A stretch of DNA of 64,000 bases from Candidatus Multivoradales bacterium (GCA_965248055.1 CBDFIJ010000004.1:2784001-2848000); one strand, 5' to 3'; counted from the first letter of the stretch, positions 31,763 through 41,988 are shown. Made by a program: numbers and translations. Notes: generated from the letters alone by a model not told the origin.

Positions 31763-32926
31763 TCACGACAGCGCTCCAGAAAACAGGCGGTCCATTGCGG
31801 CGATCTGTTGATCTAGGTCAAAGTCTCGCACCACCCGGGCTCGAGCGCTGCCACCGATTTCCGTGGCTAATCCGCGATCACTCAGAAGGCGAGCCACGGC
31901 GGTGGCAGTATCTTCCGGGTTCCTGGGGTCGACCAAGATTCCGTCGGTTCCTGACCGAATCGCCTCGGACATGCCACCGACCGTGCTACAAACCACGGGT
32001 AATTCCATGGCCATCGCTTCAAGGACTGAATTGGCGATTCCTTCGCTGAGGCTGGTGTGCAAGAAAACGTCGGTATCGTGCAGAGCTTCGAGAATCTGGT
32101 CCCGGTCTCTGAACCCAAGCAGTCGAACGTGTTTCTCCAACCCCAGATCGGCAATGGTAAAACGGACCCGTTCCAGCTCGGGACCGTCGCCGATCACGCG
32201 ATATTGCAGATTGGGAAACTCGGTTAGGACCCGAGCGATGGTGAGTAGGGAGTATTCAAAACCCTTGCGCCAGGTCAAGGACCCTACCGACAGTACTGTT
32301 GGAACGGTGGCGGTGTTTTCCCTGGTACGCCGAAATACTGAGGTATTGACGGCGGGGAAGACAATCGTTCCCTGGTCCTGGTCGAGCCCCAATCCCTGGG
32401 CTTCGCGGCGCATCGCCTGTGAGACGCAATGCACCGCGGACGCTCCGGCGAAGATCTCGGGAAGCGCCTCCTTGAGTTGGATTCGGTGTGGCATCAACGG
32501 GGCGACCTGGATCTGCTCCCCTCGACAACTGACTACGTAGCGCGTGTTGCCATCCAGGAAGCGCAACAGGTTTGCGGCTGAGGCAATCCAAGGAAAATAG
32601 AATAGGCCCCTGCGGCCAGCTAAGGGAAGCACTTGCGGCCAAGATCGAAAGTTGACTGAGCGGAGTATTGGCAGGACCTTGGGTCCAAGTCGCTTTGTCG
32701 CACCCACGAGCGCAGTGGCGGTCCAAAACCATCGGAGAAATCGCGGCTTTGGGGGAGGAAGCCGCAGCCATCGGAAAATCGTGCCGCGTCGAGATATCGG
32801 GCGAACGGAACTGGCGATTGACACCTGCCAGTCTCTACCGCGCAGCCCCTCAAACAGTTGCTCGAGGAAGGTCTCGGGCGGCCATCGAACGCCAACCACG
32901 ATGACTTTCTTGTCAACCGATGCCAT
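31763..32926 (-). CDS. Glycosyltransferase family 4
   Basis: VGSLTWRKG and EGIANSVLEAMAM. It resembles the neighbouring GT4 gene. Confidence 0.9.
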   Translation of the reverse strand: MASVDKKVIVVGVRWPPETFLEQLFEGLRGRDWQVSIASSVRPISRRGTIFRWLRLPPPKPRFLRWFWTATALVGATKRLGPKVLPILRSVNFRSWPQVLPLAGRRGLFYFPWIASAANLLRFLDGNTRYVVSCRGEQIQVAPLMPHRIQLKEALPEIFAGASAVHCVSQAMRREAQGLGLDQDQGTIVFPAVNTSVFRRTRENTATVPTVLSVGSLTWRKGFEYSLLTIARVLTEFPNLQYRVIGDGPELERVRFTIADLGLEKHVRLLGFRDRDQILEALHDTDVFLHTSLSEGIANSVLEAMAMELPVVCSTVGGMSEAIRSGTDGILVDPRNPEDTATAVARLLSDRGLATEIGGSARARVVRDFDLDQQIAAMDRLFSGALS

Positions 32927-34337
32927 AGCTCTCAAACCAGTGGGACAGGGTGATCAACTTGCAAACCCCCGAACCGGTTTCTCGGTCGCGTTGGCTTTTG
33001 AATCGCCTGACGTAGTCGTCGAGTTTGTTTGGGATACACACCGAGCGCAGGAACAAGCTGGGCTCCAGCAGCCAGCGCTGGATCATTTCGTCTCCCTGCT
33101 TGCCCGCGAGCTGAACCTCCCAGTTTCGCTGAATGGCGGGCCTGCCAGTTAGGGCTCGTCTGGCCTTGCGCCATGCTCGTTTGGGATAGACGTGAGTCCA
33201 CTTTTTGTCCAAGGAGAACAAATCTGTTCCCGCCTCTTGCCACTCGACCCTTGCGAGACCCGGAGCGTATCGTTTGAGATACTCGATCTGCAGTCTCCTG
33301 CCCCGCAGGTAGTCATCGGGCTGGTCTAAAGCCCAAAGGGCGAGATCGATGTCGTAGAAGGGAAGTTTGACCTGGGTCGCTCCCTGGTAGGCGCGAATAC
33401 TGGCTAGCGTCCAGCGCGCAGACCATTGCTCGGTTTTGAAGATCTTGTAGCGCCGCGTAAAATGCTTTTCATCGGGAACCGTACGCGACCACTGGTCCGC
33501 CAAGAGATTCTCAGCGTTTCCCCATAGATCACCCAAAGCGGGATCGAAAAGACTCACCAAATCCTTTGCGCCGGGCGTTGACCAATGCTCCAAAATCCAC
33601 CCAATGTGATCGTCAGTGGGGCAATCATGCGGTGCGTCTAACCATACGTCGCCCCAATGTCCACCCAGCACCCAATCGAATTGCGATAAGTACTCTTCGA
33701 TGCCGAGTTGCCGCGCTTGAAACAGGTCTTGAAACCCTTCCAAGAGTTCCTGTGCCCGATCGATTTTGCTAGGCATGTACTGCCCAATGACCAGGGAATC
33801 ATGTTTCAGTCCAGCCTTGGCAGCGACAGAAACGGCGATCTTGTTCTCAATCGAGTCTGAGGCATAGCCGTAGGAAAAGGAGCGTAGTTCAAAGCTGGGG
33901 TCGGCATGGCCAAGGGCCGCCAGTAGGCATCGAGAATCTAGTCCCCCAGAAAGTGGCAGTACCGACTGATATTGCAGGCAAGACGCGACTGAGGAATGAA
34001 ACAAAGCTGCGAACTTGTCGACGGAGCGATCGAAATCAAGTGGTTCTTCTGGGATCTCTCGATCCCAAGACCAAGAACGTGAAACTTGGGTGGGGCGTCC
34101 ACCTTGAAACGAATAGGTGTGTCCACCACGGAGTAAATGGATGCCGTCGAGGTGAGTTCGATCCCCCAAGAACATGCCGTATCGAAGAAAAGAAGCTAAT
34201 CCGGTCCAATCGATTTTGGGGTTGGGGCTCGCCTGGATTATCTGGCGATAATGTTGATCTGGTTCAGTTCGTCCGTTTTCATTAGCATAAACGTGTTCAC
34301 TCTGGAACGGATCAACAGTGATTGATTCAATTGTCAT
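32913..34337 (-). CDS. Asparagine synthase-related (PP-loop) amidotransferase
   Basis: LPLSGGLDSR, GGHWGD and LPFYD. No N-terminal catalytic Cys. The start is set at MTIES. Confidence 0.8.
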   Translation of the reverse strand: MTIESITVDPFQSEHVYANENGRTEPDQHYRQIIQASPNPKIDWTGLASFLRYGMFLGDRTHLDGIHLLRGGHTYSFQGGRPTQVSRSWSWDREIPEEPLDFDRSVDKFAALFHSSVASCLQYQSVLPLSGGLDSRCLLAALGHADPSFELRSFSYGYASDSIENKIAVSVAAKAGLKHDSLVIGQYMPSKIDRAQELLEGFQDLFQARQLGIEEYLSQFDWVLGGHWGDVWLDAPHDCPTDDHIGWILEHWSTPGAKDLVSLFDPALGDLWGNAENLLADQWSRTVPDEKHFTRRYKIFKTEQWSARWTLASIRAYQGATQVKLPFYDIDLALWALDQPDDYLRGRRLQIEYLKRYAPGLARVEWQEAGTDLFSLDKKWTHVYPKRAWRKARRALTGRPAIQRNWEVQLAGKQGDEMIQRWLLEPSLFLRSVCIPNKLDDYVRRFKSQRDRETGSGVCKLITLSHWFESYGIG

Positions 34338-34647
34338 GAAGAACGCTGTTGGTGAATGCGAGCCTATTTTGAGAGTTGAGAGACAAGCAGTAATACACTC
34401 TTCCGCATCCATAGGCGCCGCTGTTCTAGGTGAAGAATGCTCATGAAGGACTACGGTGAGCGACACGGAAGTGATCGCCTTGTAGAAAAGGACGATGGCA
34501 CGTAATCTCGTACCGTTCAAGGCTCGTCGGAGTTGGCGAGTAGGGGCGATGGATGTCTATGAATGAAATCAAGCTCGAGTTGAAATCGACCAAGGGCCAT
34601 CGGCTGAGACCGACTCGGTGTTGTTTCGACTGGCAAGGAGAGAGCTG

Positions 34648-35295
34648 GTGAAATTTCGGTTCTTAGGTCGCGCCAAGGCTCAATCATCTGCGACAAAGGC
34701 AGTTATCTTTACCAAAGAACATGAAGAGCTGCAGGGTTATGTAATTGGTGACTACACCTACGGACGCCCAAAAGTTCGAGACTATGGTGGGGCGACTACG
34801 CTCAAGATAGGCAGGTTCTGTTCGATAGCGGCGAGTGTAACGATTCTGGTTGGTGGCGAGCACAACCCACGATTAGTCTCGACCTATCCATTCGCAACCC
34901 TTGGACACTGGTCTCCTAAAACCAGTGACGCGGTGGACTCTTTGAGTAAGGGCGACGTGGTGATCGAGAATGATGTTTGGATTGGGACGAATTCTTTGAT
35001 CTTGTCTGGAGTTCATATTGGCAACGGCGCCGTGGTCGGTGCTGGCAGCGTTGTGGTTAGCGACGTGAACGACTATGAAGTAGTTGCAGGGAATCCGGCG
35101 CGCCATATTCGCTATCGGTTTAGCAGCGAAGTTATCCAAGGCCTCTTGAAAACGCAGTGGTGGCACCGGCCTTTTGAAGAGATTCGGAGTCTGCTGCCGA
35201 TCATGATGAGTGGTGATATTGAACGGTTCATCGAGGCTGTACTGGTGGAAAACACAGATGTCTCTGCGTCGCGCTCGACACTCAAGCAAGAATGA
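34648..35295 (+). CDS. CatB-related hexapeptide-repeat O-acetyltransferase
   Basis: IGDYTYG, LKIGRFCSIA, STYPF, NDVWIG and VAGNPAR.IRYRF. AAGGAG precedes GTG 34648. Confidence 0.9.
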   Translation: MKFRFLGRAKAQSSATKAVIFTKEHEELQGYVIGDYTYGRPKVRDYGGATTLKIGRFCSIAASVTILVGGEHNPRLVSTYPFATLGHWSPKTSDAVDSLSKGDVVIENDVWIGTNSLILSGVHIGNGAVVGAGSVVVSDVNDYEVVAGNPARHIRYRFSSEVIQGLLKTQWWHRPFEEIRSLLPIMMSGDIERFIEAVLVENTDVSASRSTLKQE

Positions 35296-36173
35296 GAATT
35301 GAAGCCGCGTTGCCTACAGTTTCAATCGTTGTCCCCAACTACAACCACGCGCCGTATCTTGCCAAACGGCTCGACAGCATCTTCAATCAGAGCTACCGGG
35401 ATTTCGAGGTTCTTCTCTTGGATGATTGTTCGACTGATGGCAGTCAGGAAATTCTGACGAGGTATGGTGACCGACCAGAAGTAAGCCAGGTGGTTTTCAA
35501 TGAGGAAAATGGCGGCAATCCGTTCCTGCAATGGAAGAAGGGACTTGAGCTAGCCCGTGGTGAGTATGTATGGATTGCCGAGAGCGATGATTGGGCGGAG
35601 AGCGATTTTCTGGAACGGTTGATCGGCCTTCTCGATACTCAGCCAGAGATAGGGTTTTTCTTCTGCAAGTCGATCAATGTGGATTCCGAAGGGGTTCCTT
35701 TGCGTCAACCAACGCGAGCGGAAAGGCTACTTGGTGACACGATGTGGAAGGAGAGCTTCGTAGCTGACGGTGGGCAGCTTATCCACTATTTCTTGCCCGA
35801 TGTGGGAGCCATCCAGAACACCAGTGCGGCAGTGTTTCGAAGGCGTGTGGGTGAGCGATATATTGATCAGATCGTTGATTTTGATCGGGTCGGCGATTAC
35901 TTGTTTTGGGTTCTCATGACCGCTGATGGAGTGGTCGGATTTCTGAAAGAGCCGCTGAGTTTTATCCGTAGGGCATCGTCGAATGTTGGTGGAGAAGGGT
36001 ACTACCTTGCAAAAGAGAAGCAACTGTTGGGGATTCATCGACACTTGATTGGGCAGTTGGGTTTGCCACCCCGTCAGATTCTTCGGATGGGCCGGTATCA
36101 TCTAAAGTGGCTGTTTCGAAGAAGAACTCTGCGCTTGCTCTCCCTGCTTGGGCGGCAGAAAGTATTCCGATGA
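35292..36173 (+). CDS. Glycosyltransferase family 2
   Basis: VPNYNH, LDDCSTD, QWKKG and WIAESDD. Confidence 0.92.
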   Translation: MRIEAALPTVSIVVPNYNHAPYLAKRLDSIFNQSYRDFEVLLLDDCSTDGSQEILTRYGDRPEVSQVVFNEENGGNPFLQWKKGLELARGEYVWIAESDDWAESDFLERLIGLLDTQPEIGFFFCKSINVDSEGVPLRQPTRAERLLGDTMWKESFVADGGQLIHYFLPDVGAIQNTSAAVFRRRVGERYIDQIVDFDRVGDYLFWVLMTADGVVGFLKEPLSFIRRASSNVGGEGYYLAKEKQLLGIHRHLIGQLGLPPRQILRMGRYHLKWLFRRRTLRLLSLLGRQKVFR

Positions 36174-36243
36174 GCGGTGATATTTGGCGAATGGGGCCGG
36201 CTCAGGTTGAACAATGCTGGCTGGGGCGAACCGGTGATTTGAC

Positions 36244-37491
36244 ATGAGAATACTCTTGATTCCAGGTTGCTTTTACAAAGCTGAGGGGAAGATCGCCAAG
36301 GGAATCGCCGGTGCTCTTTCTGATTACCAGATCCACTACTTCGCCAAGGCCGAGATTGCCCGCAGGAATGAGGAGTTTCGGTCTTTGGTGAGGAGTGTTG
36401 ATGTAGTGCATTGGCTGTTCAACGTTGGGAACCTGCAGCCGTCGCTTGAGGAAAACTACATGCCCGCCGCGTGTCCAACCATCGCGTCTGTCTACCATGT
36501 TTGCCCCTGGGAACGGACCAAGATTGTAGAGGCGTCTCGCAGTGACACCATTCACGTGATTTCGCAGGAATGGCTGGAGCTAGTTGGTAGTGCGACTTTA
36601 ACTCCCGTTTTCCTAGCTCATGCTGGGATCGACCCGATCGAGCTGGAGGGGATCTCAGCCCCGATTTTTCGAGGGGGACAGTTCAGGATCGGCGTCGTGG
36701 GGATGTATGGGCAGATCAGGAATCGGAAAAGGTTTGACGTACTTGTGCGGGCTGTTGAGGTTCTGACGTCGCGTGGTTTGGATGTTCGGTTGGTGTTGCA
36801 AGGGTCGGGTTGGGGCGAAAACCTCGATACACTGAGAGACGCGAACATTCCATTTGACTTGTTGGGCTTTCGCTCAGGAAGAGCAATTCTTGATGTCTAT
36901 CGACAGATACATTGCCTGGTATGTACTGCGGATTGGGAAGGTGGCCCCTTGACCGTGTTGGAGGCATTGCACTGTGGCGTGCCAGTAGTCTCGACACGGG
37001 TTGGCGTGTCGATGCAAGTATTGAAGCGGGGTGGCGGGGTTCTGTGTGACAAGAACAACCCAGTTCAAATAGCTGAGGCCATTCAAGGCCTGGCTGAATC
37101 TCCTGATCGCTTCCGTCGCCTTCAGAGTAGCGCGCGAGAAGTAGCGAAGAGCTATAGCTGGGCCGCGTTGTCGCAGGAATATCGGATTCTCTATGAGAGC
37201 ACGATAGAAGCTTGGGAGCGAAATATGGGTAGCAAGTGGAAGTATCGATCTCGTCCCGCTAAGGCACGAGGGATGCAGCATCAGCGGCGTGTCGAACTAC
37301 TCTACGATGGGATGAATGAAGGAATCGCACTTGCCGGAGAGGATCGTTGGATTGTTGCTGCGCGTAGAGTTGTTGCAGGAATCTCGAGTATGGAGGTGGC
37401 ATTTCGACGAAAATTGACGATTGTTCGACGGTTCAGCCAGGTACTATTCGCGCGGCTGGTCGGCGAGCCAGCCGGATCCAACAAGGGGTAG
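36244..37491 (+). CDS. Glycosyltransferase family 4
   Basis: RKRFD and EGGPLTVLEALHCGVPVVSTRVG. Confidence 0.88.
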   Translation: MRILLIPGCFYKAEGKIAKGIAGALSDYQIHYFAKAEIARRNEEFRSLVRSVDVVHWLFNVGNLQPSLEENYMPAACPTIASVYHVCPWERTKIVEASRSDTIHVISQEWLELVGSATLTPVFLAHAGIDPIELEGISAPIFRGGQFRIGVVGMYGQIRNRKRFDVLVRAVEVLTSRGLDVRLVLQGSGWGENLDTLRDANIPFDLLGFRSGRAILDVYRQIHCLVCTADWEGGPLTVLEALHCGVPVVSTRVGVSMQVLKRGGGVLCDKNNPVQIAEAIQGLAESPDRFRRLQSSAREVAKSYSWAALSQEYRILYESTIEAWERNMGSKWKYRSRPAKARGMQHQRRVELLYDGMNEGIALAGEDRWIVAARRVVAGISSMEVAFRRKLTIVRRFSQVLFARLVGEPAGSNKG

Positions 37492-37498
37492 CAGTTTC

Positions 37499-38368
37499 GT
37501 GAAAATTGACCGAGCGAATTCAGCCAACTGGCAGCATACTATCCAGGCCAAGCGTAGCGTATTTCGGCTGAATGTCCGCGAGATCATTCGTTATCGCGAC
37601 TTGATTTTCCTGTTTGTGCGACGCAACGTGGTGATCGCATACAAGCAGACGATTCTGGGGCCGCTTTGGTATCTGATTCAACCCCTGCTGTCTGCGGTGA
37701 TCTTCACCATCATGTTCAACAGGATCGCCAATATTTCCACCGGTACCGTCCCACCGTTTCTTTTCAACCTAGCGGGTTTGACGGTCTGGGGGTATTTCCG
37801 GGATTGCTTGTCGTCAACCTCTGACACGTTCAAGAGTAATGAACATATTTTCGGGAAAGTCTATTTCCCTAGGGCTGTCGTGCCAATCGCGATCGTGATC
37901 TCAAATTTGATGAAATTTGCAGTTCAGATGGTTATGTTCTCTGGTTTCTACTTGTACTACTGGCTTAACGGAGCGCCCATCAGAGTAGACGAAACAGCGG
38001 TTCTTTTTCCTGTGGTAATCCTGATTATGGGCATGATGGGATTGGGGATTGGAATGGCGATTTCTTCCTTGGTTACGAAGTATCGAGATCTAACGTTCTT
38101 AGTGCAGTTTGGAGTTCAGCTTCTGATGTACCTATCGGTGGTGGTCTATCCGTTGGCTTTGGTGACCGAGAAGCTGCCGAAATTTGGCTGGTTGGTCAAA
38201 ATCAACCCACTTTCCCACGTGATGGAAATTTCTCGGCACATGTTGCTAGGGATTGGTACTGTGTCGCGTAGCTACGCACTATATGCGGCTTTGATGGCGG
38301 TCATCTTTTTGGTGGTCGGCCTAGTCATGTTTAATCGCGCCGAGCGGGATTTTGTCGATACGATTTAG
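37499..38368 (+). CDS. wzm: ABC-2 polysaccharide export permease
   Basis: YRDL, YKQTILGPLW, KVYFPR, KYRD and INPL. A GTG start at 37499 is assumed. Confidence 0.9.
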   Translation: MKIDRANSANWQHTIQAKRSVFRLNVREIIRYRDLIFLFVRRNVVIAYKQTILGPLWYLIQPLLSAVIFTIMFNRIANISTGTVPPFLFNLAGLTVWGYFRDCLSSTSDTFKSNEHIFGKVYFPRAVVPIAIVISNLMKFAVQMVMFSGFYLYYWLNGAPIRVDETAVLFPVVILIMGMMGLGIGMAISSLVTKYRDLTFLVQFGVQLLMYLSVVVYPLALVTEKLPKFGWLVKINPLSHVMEISRHMLLGIGTVSRSYALYAALMAVIFLVVGLVMFNRAERDFVDTI

Positions 38369-38370
38369 CA

Positions 38371-39681
38371 ATGGGTGAGGTAATTCTTCAGGTCGATGAC
38401 CTGTCTAAGCAGTATCGGTTGGGTGTGGTCGGAACGGGGACTCTCAGCCATGATCTGAACCGTTGGTGGGCAGGAGTTCGTGGCAAGGAGGATCCAACGG
38501 CATTGGTTGGCGTATCGGCCCCAAAAAAGGTCTCCCGAACGCGTCACTTTTGGGCTTTGCGGGAAGTTAGTTTTTCCGTAGAGCGGGGTGAGGTACTTGG
38601 GATTATTGGCAAGAATGGAGCCGGCAAATCAACTCTGTTGAAGATTCTATCTAGGGTGACCACTCCGACCTCTGGAAGAGTTCGCTATAACGGGCGTATC
38701 GCTTCATTGCTTGAAGTGGGGACCGGGTTTCATCCCGAATTGACCGGGCAAGAAAACATTTTTCTGAATGGCGCCATTTTGGGTATGACCAAAGGGGAGA
38801 TCAGAAGCAAGTACAGTGAGATTGTTGAGTTTTCTGGAGTTGGGAAGTACATCGAAACGCCAGTGAAACGCTATTCGTCTGGGATGAAGGTCCGCCTTGC
38901 CTTTGCGGTGGCGGCGCATCTAGACCCGGAGATACTGGTAGTTGATGAAGTCCTGGCCGTTGGTGACGCGGACTTTCAGAAAAAGGCAATCGGGAAAATG
39001 CAAGATATTGCTACCGGCGAGGGGCGGACAGTCCTCTTTGTCAGCCACGATATGGATACCATCAACAAATTGACTTCTCGATCAATCGTGCTTGTTGAGG
39101 GCCGTATTGCGTTTGACGGAGATACCCCGACTGCGGTCTCCGAATACTTGAATGATCAATCAATGGGCCTTTCCGAGAGATGTTGGGATCGGGAGGACGC
39201 TCCTGGGAACGAATTTGCCCGCCTAAAGCGAGTGGCTATTCTTGATCAAGACGATCGCATACAGAGGCAGTTTGAAGTGACTAAACCGATCACCGTGGAG
39301 GTGGAGTACTGGGATTTCAACCAGGCGTTTCAAAGCACGGCGATTTTGCACGTTCTCGATGACCAACGGCATGTTCTTTTTGCCACAAACGAATTCAGCA
39401 GCAAGGAGTGGGATGGCGTTCACGATCGTCAATCGGGCTTAGTTACGGCACGATGTACGATCCCTGGGAACCTGATGGCGGAAGGACGTTTCGTGATAAC
39501 GGTCGCTGTCGGCAACTACAACCCCAACATGGTGCATGCGAGGGCTGATGAAGTCGTTGGGTTTCAGGTTGTCGACTCGATGAGTGGCTCGAGCGTAAGG
39601 GGGCCTGCGAGCAACAAATGGCCGGGACTGGTCCGTCCGATGCTCGATTGGACAACTAGGAAGGTTCCCCTTTCAGAGTAG
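38371..39681 (+). CDS. wzt: ABC polysaccharide export ATPase with C-terminal carbohydrate-binding domain
   Basis: GKNGAGKST, YSSGM, VDEVLAVGD, VSH and a Wzt_C-like extension. Confidence 0.92.
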   Translation: MGEVILQVDDLSKQYRLGVVGTGTLSHDLNRWWAGVRGKEDPTALVGVSAPKKVSRTRHFWALREVSFSVERGEVLGIIGKNGAGKSTLLKILSRVTTPTSGRVRYNGRIASLLEVGTGFHPELTGQENIFLNGAILGMTKGEIRSKYSEIVEFSGVGKYIETPVKRYSSGMKVRLAFAVAAHLDPEILVVDEVLAVGDADFQKKAIGKMQDIATGEGRTVLFVSHDMDTINKLTSRSIVLVEGRIAFDGDTPTAVSEYLNDQSMGLSERCWDREDAPGNEFARLKRVAILDQDDRIQRQFEVTKPITVEVEYWDFNQAFQSTAILHVLDDQRHVLFATNEFSSKEWDGVHDRQSGLVTARCTIPGNLMAEGRFVITVAVGNYNPNMVHARADEVVGFQVVDSMSGSSVRGPASNKWPGLVRPMLDWTTRKVPLSE

Positions 39682-39692
39682 TCGGGGCTAGA

Positions 39693-41012
39693 TTAGGCTG
39701 GAATGATGTGTTCTGTTTGATTGTTGCGATAAACCCCTCGGGTATCTACCACCAGTTGGCTGTGTCGCTCTACGAGGGCGTAGTCAACGTTTGCGTGCTG
39801 CGTCAGAATAAGAACTGCGTCAACAGTGCTTACCGTTTCCTCGCTTAGATCACGGCTGGCCATCGCCGGAATCTCTGGCCACGAGCGCATGGGGGGGAGT
39901 ATCGGCACGTATGGGTCATGGTATCCAAGCTCTGCACCAACTCTGAGTAGCTGATCCATGATCGGGAACGCCGGGCTTTCCCGGGGATCGTCGACGTTGG
40001 GTTTGTAGGCGATCCCCAGCACTAGGACTTTGGCGTCATCAATCGAGGTGCCTCGGTCCGAGAGTGCGCTGACTAACCGCTCGACCACGTGGTCGGCCAT
40101 TTGGGTGTTGATTTCACCGGCCAGTTTGATGAAGTCGGCACTGGCTCCAGCGCGCTCTGCAGCCCAAGATAGATAGAACGGGTCAATCGGGATGCAATGA
40201 CCACCCCAGCCAGGGCCTGGGTCAAAACGCATGAAGCCGAAGGGCTTGGTCTCGGCGGCATCGAGCACTTCCCATATGTCGACGCCGAGCTTTTCATAGA
40301 CCAGTTTGAGCTCGTTGACCAGCGCGATGTTGATTGCCCGAAAAATGTTTTCGGTCAGTTTGGTGGCTTCTGCGGCCCGTGGGCTGGATACTTCGATCAC
40401 CGAAGGAACGATGGCCCGATAGAGAGCTGCTGCAACCTCAGTGGCGTCAGTACCCAGTCCTCCAACAACTTTGGGGATGCTGGAAGTGGAAAAATCTGGA
40501 TTCCCTGGGTCTTCGCGCTCTGGTGAGTAAGCAACCCAGAAATCAACCCCGGCTCGAAGACCTGAATTCTCCAAGAGCGGCTTAACAACCTCTTCAGTGG
40601 TGCCCGGGTAGGTAGTGGACTCCAGGACAACCAGTTGTCCCTGACGCAAGTTCTGGGAAATGGTGGTGGCGGTCGCTTCGACGAAGCGAAGGTCAGGATC
40701 GCCTGACGCCGCCAGGGGGGTGGGGACGGTAATCAAGATTGCGTCGGCTTGCTGCAGAAGAGTGGGATCAGTGGTCGCGGTCAGATGGTGGTTCTCGGTT
40801 GCACGCTGAATTCTTTGGGACGGGATGTGGCCGATGAAACTGGCGCCACTGAGTAGGTTGTCGACTTTGTTTTGATCAATGTCAAATCCGATGACCGAGA
40901 ACTCTCGTTCGGCGAAGGTCAACGCGAGTGGTAGGCCGACGTAGCCCAATCCGACAATGCCGACAACGGCATCGCGCGCAGCGACTTTGGAAAGAAAATC
41001 CTGTGAATGCAA
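39693..41012 (-). CDS. UDP-N-acetylhexosamine 6-dehydrogenase (WbpA/WecC family)
   Basis: GLGYVG, VPTP, ESTTYPGTT, SPERED, GGHCIPIDP and YKPNVDD.RESP. Confidence 0.93.
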   Translation of the reverse strand: MHSQDFLSKVAARDAVVGIVGLGYVGLPLALTFAEREFSVIGFDIDQNKVDNLLSGASFIGHIPSQRIQRATENHHLTATTDPTLLQQADAILITVPTPLAASGDPDLRFVEATATTISQNLRQGQLVVLESTTYPGTTEEVVKPLLENSGLRAGVDFWVAYSPEREDPGNPDFSTSSIPKVVGGLGTDATEVAAALYRAIVPSVIEVSSPRAAEATKLTENIFRAINIALVNELKLVYEKLGVDIWEVLDAAETKPFGFMRFDPGPGWGGHCIPIDPFYLSWAAERAGASADFIKLAGEINTQMADHVVERLVSALSDRGTSIDDAKVLVLGIAYKPNVDDPRESPAFPIMDQLLRVGAELGYHDPYVPILPPMRSWPEIPAMASRDLSEETVSTVDAVLILTQHANVDYALVERHSQLVVDTRGVYRNNQTEHIIPA

Positions 41013-41061
41013 CGGCTACCCGGATAGTTCCAGTTTCGCGGAAGCCGGAAATGCTGTCGAA

Positions 41062-41988
41062 CTAGGGCTCAGACGGCGAGATAATTGGGTCTTCCACCAC
41101 TTCGCCGGCGACCACTGCGGCCGCAGCTCCGGCCACCGGTACCCATCCTGGCAGCATAGCGACGACGCAGGCGCGGCAAGATTCATCGCCCCGCTTGATC
41201 CCTTCTTGGTCCAGGCGAGTCACGATCCCTGTGCACTCCCACTGAAATGGCGGCTTACCATATTGCCAAGTCGAGGATTCCGCTACCGTCATATTGGCCT
41301 GCTCGCCAAGTTGCTGGGGTGTGGACTCGATGTGACACTGGTCTTGGTCTGGCTCGACAATCGCGACAAACATGTCCGAACGTACGCTTCTGAGACCGTT
41401 GGGTGAGTAGGCGGCAACAAAGTACTCTGCCGGGTTGTTCTCAAGCTCCTCAAGCCACTCTTGGAGATCTTCGTTGGATAGTGCGGTCATCCAGGTTCTG
41501 GGCTCTGCCGAGCCGACCGAGGCTTTCTCGCGGATCTCGTCATCGTCGAAACTATTGTTGGGGTCGCGATCGATGGACGCCTCCTTGGCCTTCCACCAAT
41601 CAGCCCAGTCGGTGTCGTTGTACTCGTCGTGCTCATCGTCGTCGTAGTACTCGTGGTCGTTATCGAGATCGAATCGCTCAGGCTCACGATCTTCGGGGTC
41701 CGGAAGGACGCCCCAGTAGTTATCCTGTGAATCGGTCTGCATGATGGTGTAGTAGAAATCTTCGACGATGTGATGCATCCGTCGATAGTAGAGGCGCACC
41801 TCGGAATTCGCGGGTAGTTCCCCTACCGTGGCAGAAACCACTGCGTGATTGCTTTCATCGTGAAACGGTTCAAGCGGAACGCAGGCAGTAGGAGTCACCG
41901 TAATAGTTTGCGCCGCCATCGGCGCAACCAAGATTGCCCCAAACAGGGCGACTCCTACAACTGAGTGTCGCGCTGATTTTCTATTCAT
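41062..41988 (-). CDS. Secreted acidic hypothetical protein with a C-terminal hydrophobic tail
   Basis: Signal peptide (..APMAA|Q), a D/E-rich insert, several Cys and a C-terminal GAAAAVVAGEVVEDPIISPSEP. Confidence 0.75.
   Translation of the reverse strand: MNRKSARHSVVGVALFGAILVAPMAAQTITVTPTACVPLEPFHDESNHAVVSATVGELPANSEVRLYYRRMHHIVEDFYYTIMQTDSQDNYWGVLPDPEDREPERFDLDNDHEYYDDDEHDEYNDTDWADWWKAKEASIDRDPNNSFDDDEIREKASVGSAEPRTWMTALSNEDLQEWLEELENNPAEYFVAAYSPNGLRSVRSDMFVAIVEPDQDQCHIESTPQQLGEQANMTVAESSTWQYGKPPFQWECTGIVTRLDQEGIKRGDESCRACVVAMLPGWVPVAGAAAAVVAGEVVEDPIISPSEP

Noticed and set aside
32913-34337. Lasso-peptide cyclase/RiPP cluster
   Set aside because: No precursor, RRE/PqqD or B2 protease is nearby, and the gene is embedded among glycosyltransferases.
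34648-35295. CatB/Vat-like acetyltransferase as an antibiotic-resistance gene
   Set aside because: It is translationally coupled to glycosyltransferases in a wzm/wzt cassette, so sugar O-acetylation is the simpler reading.
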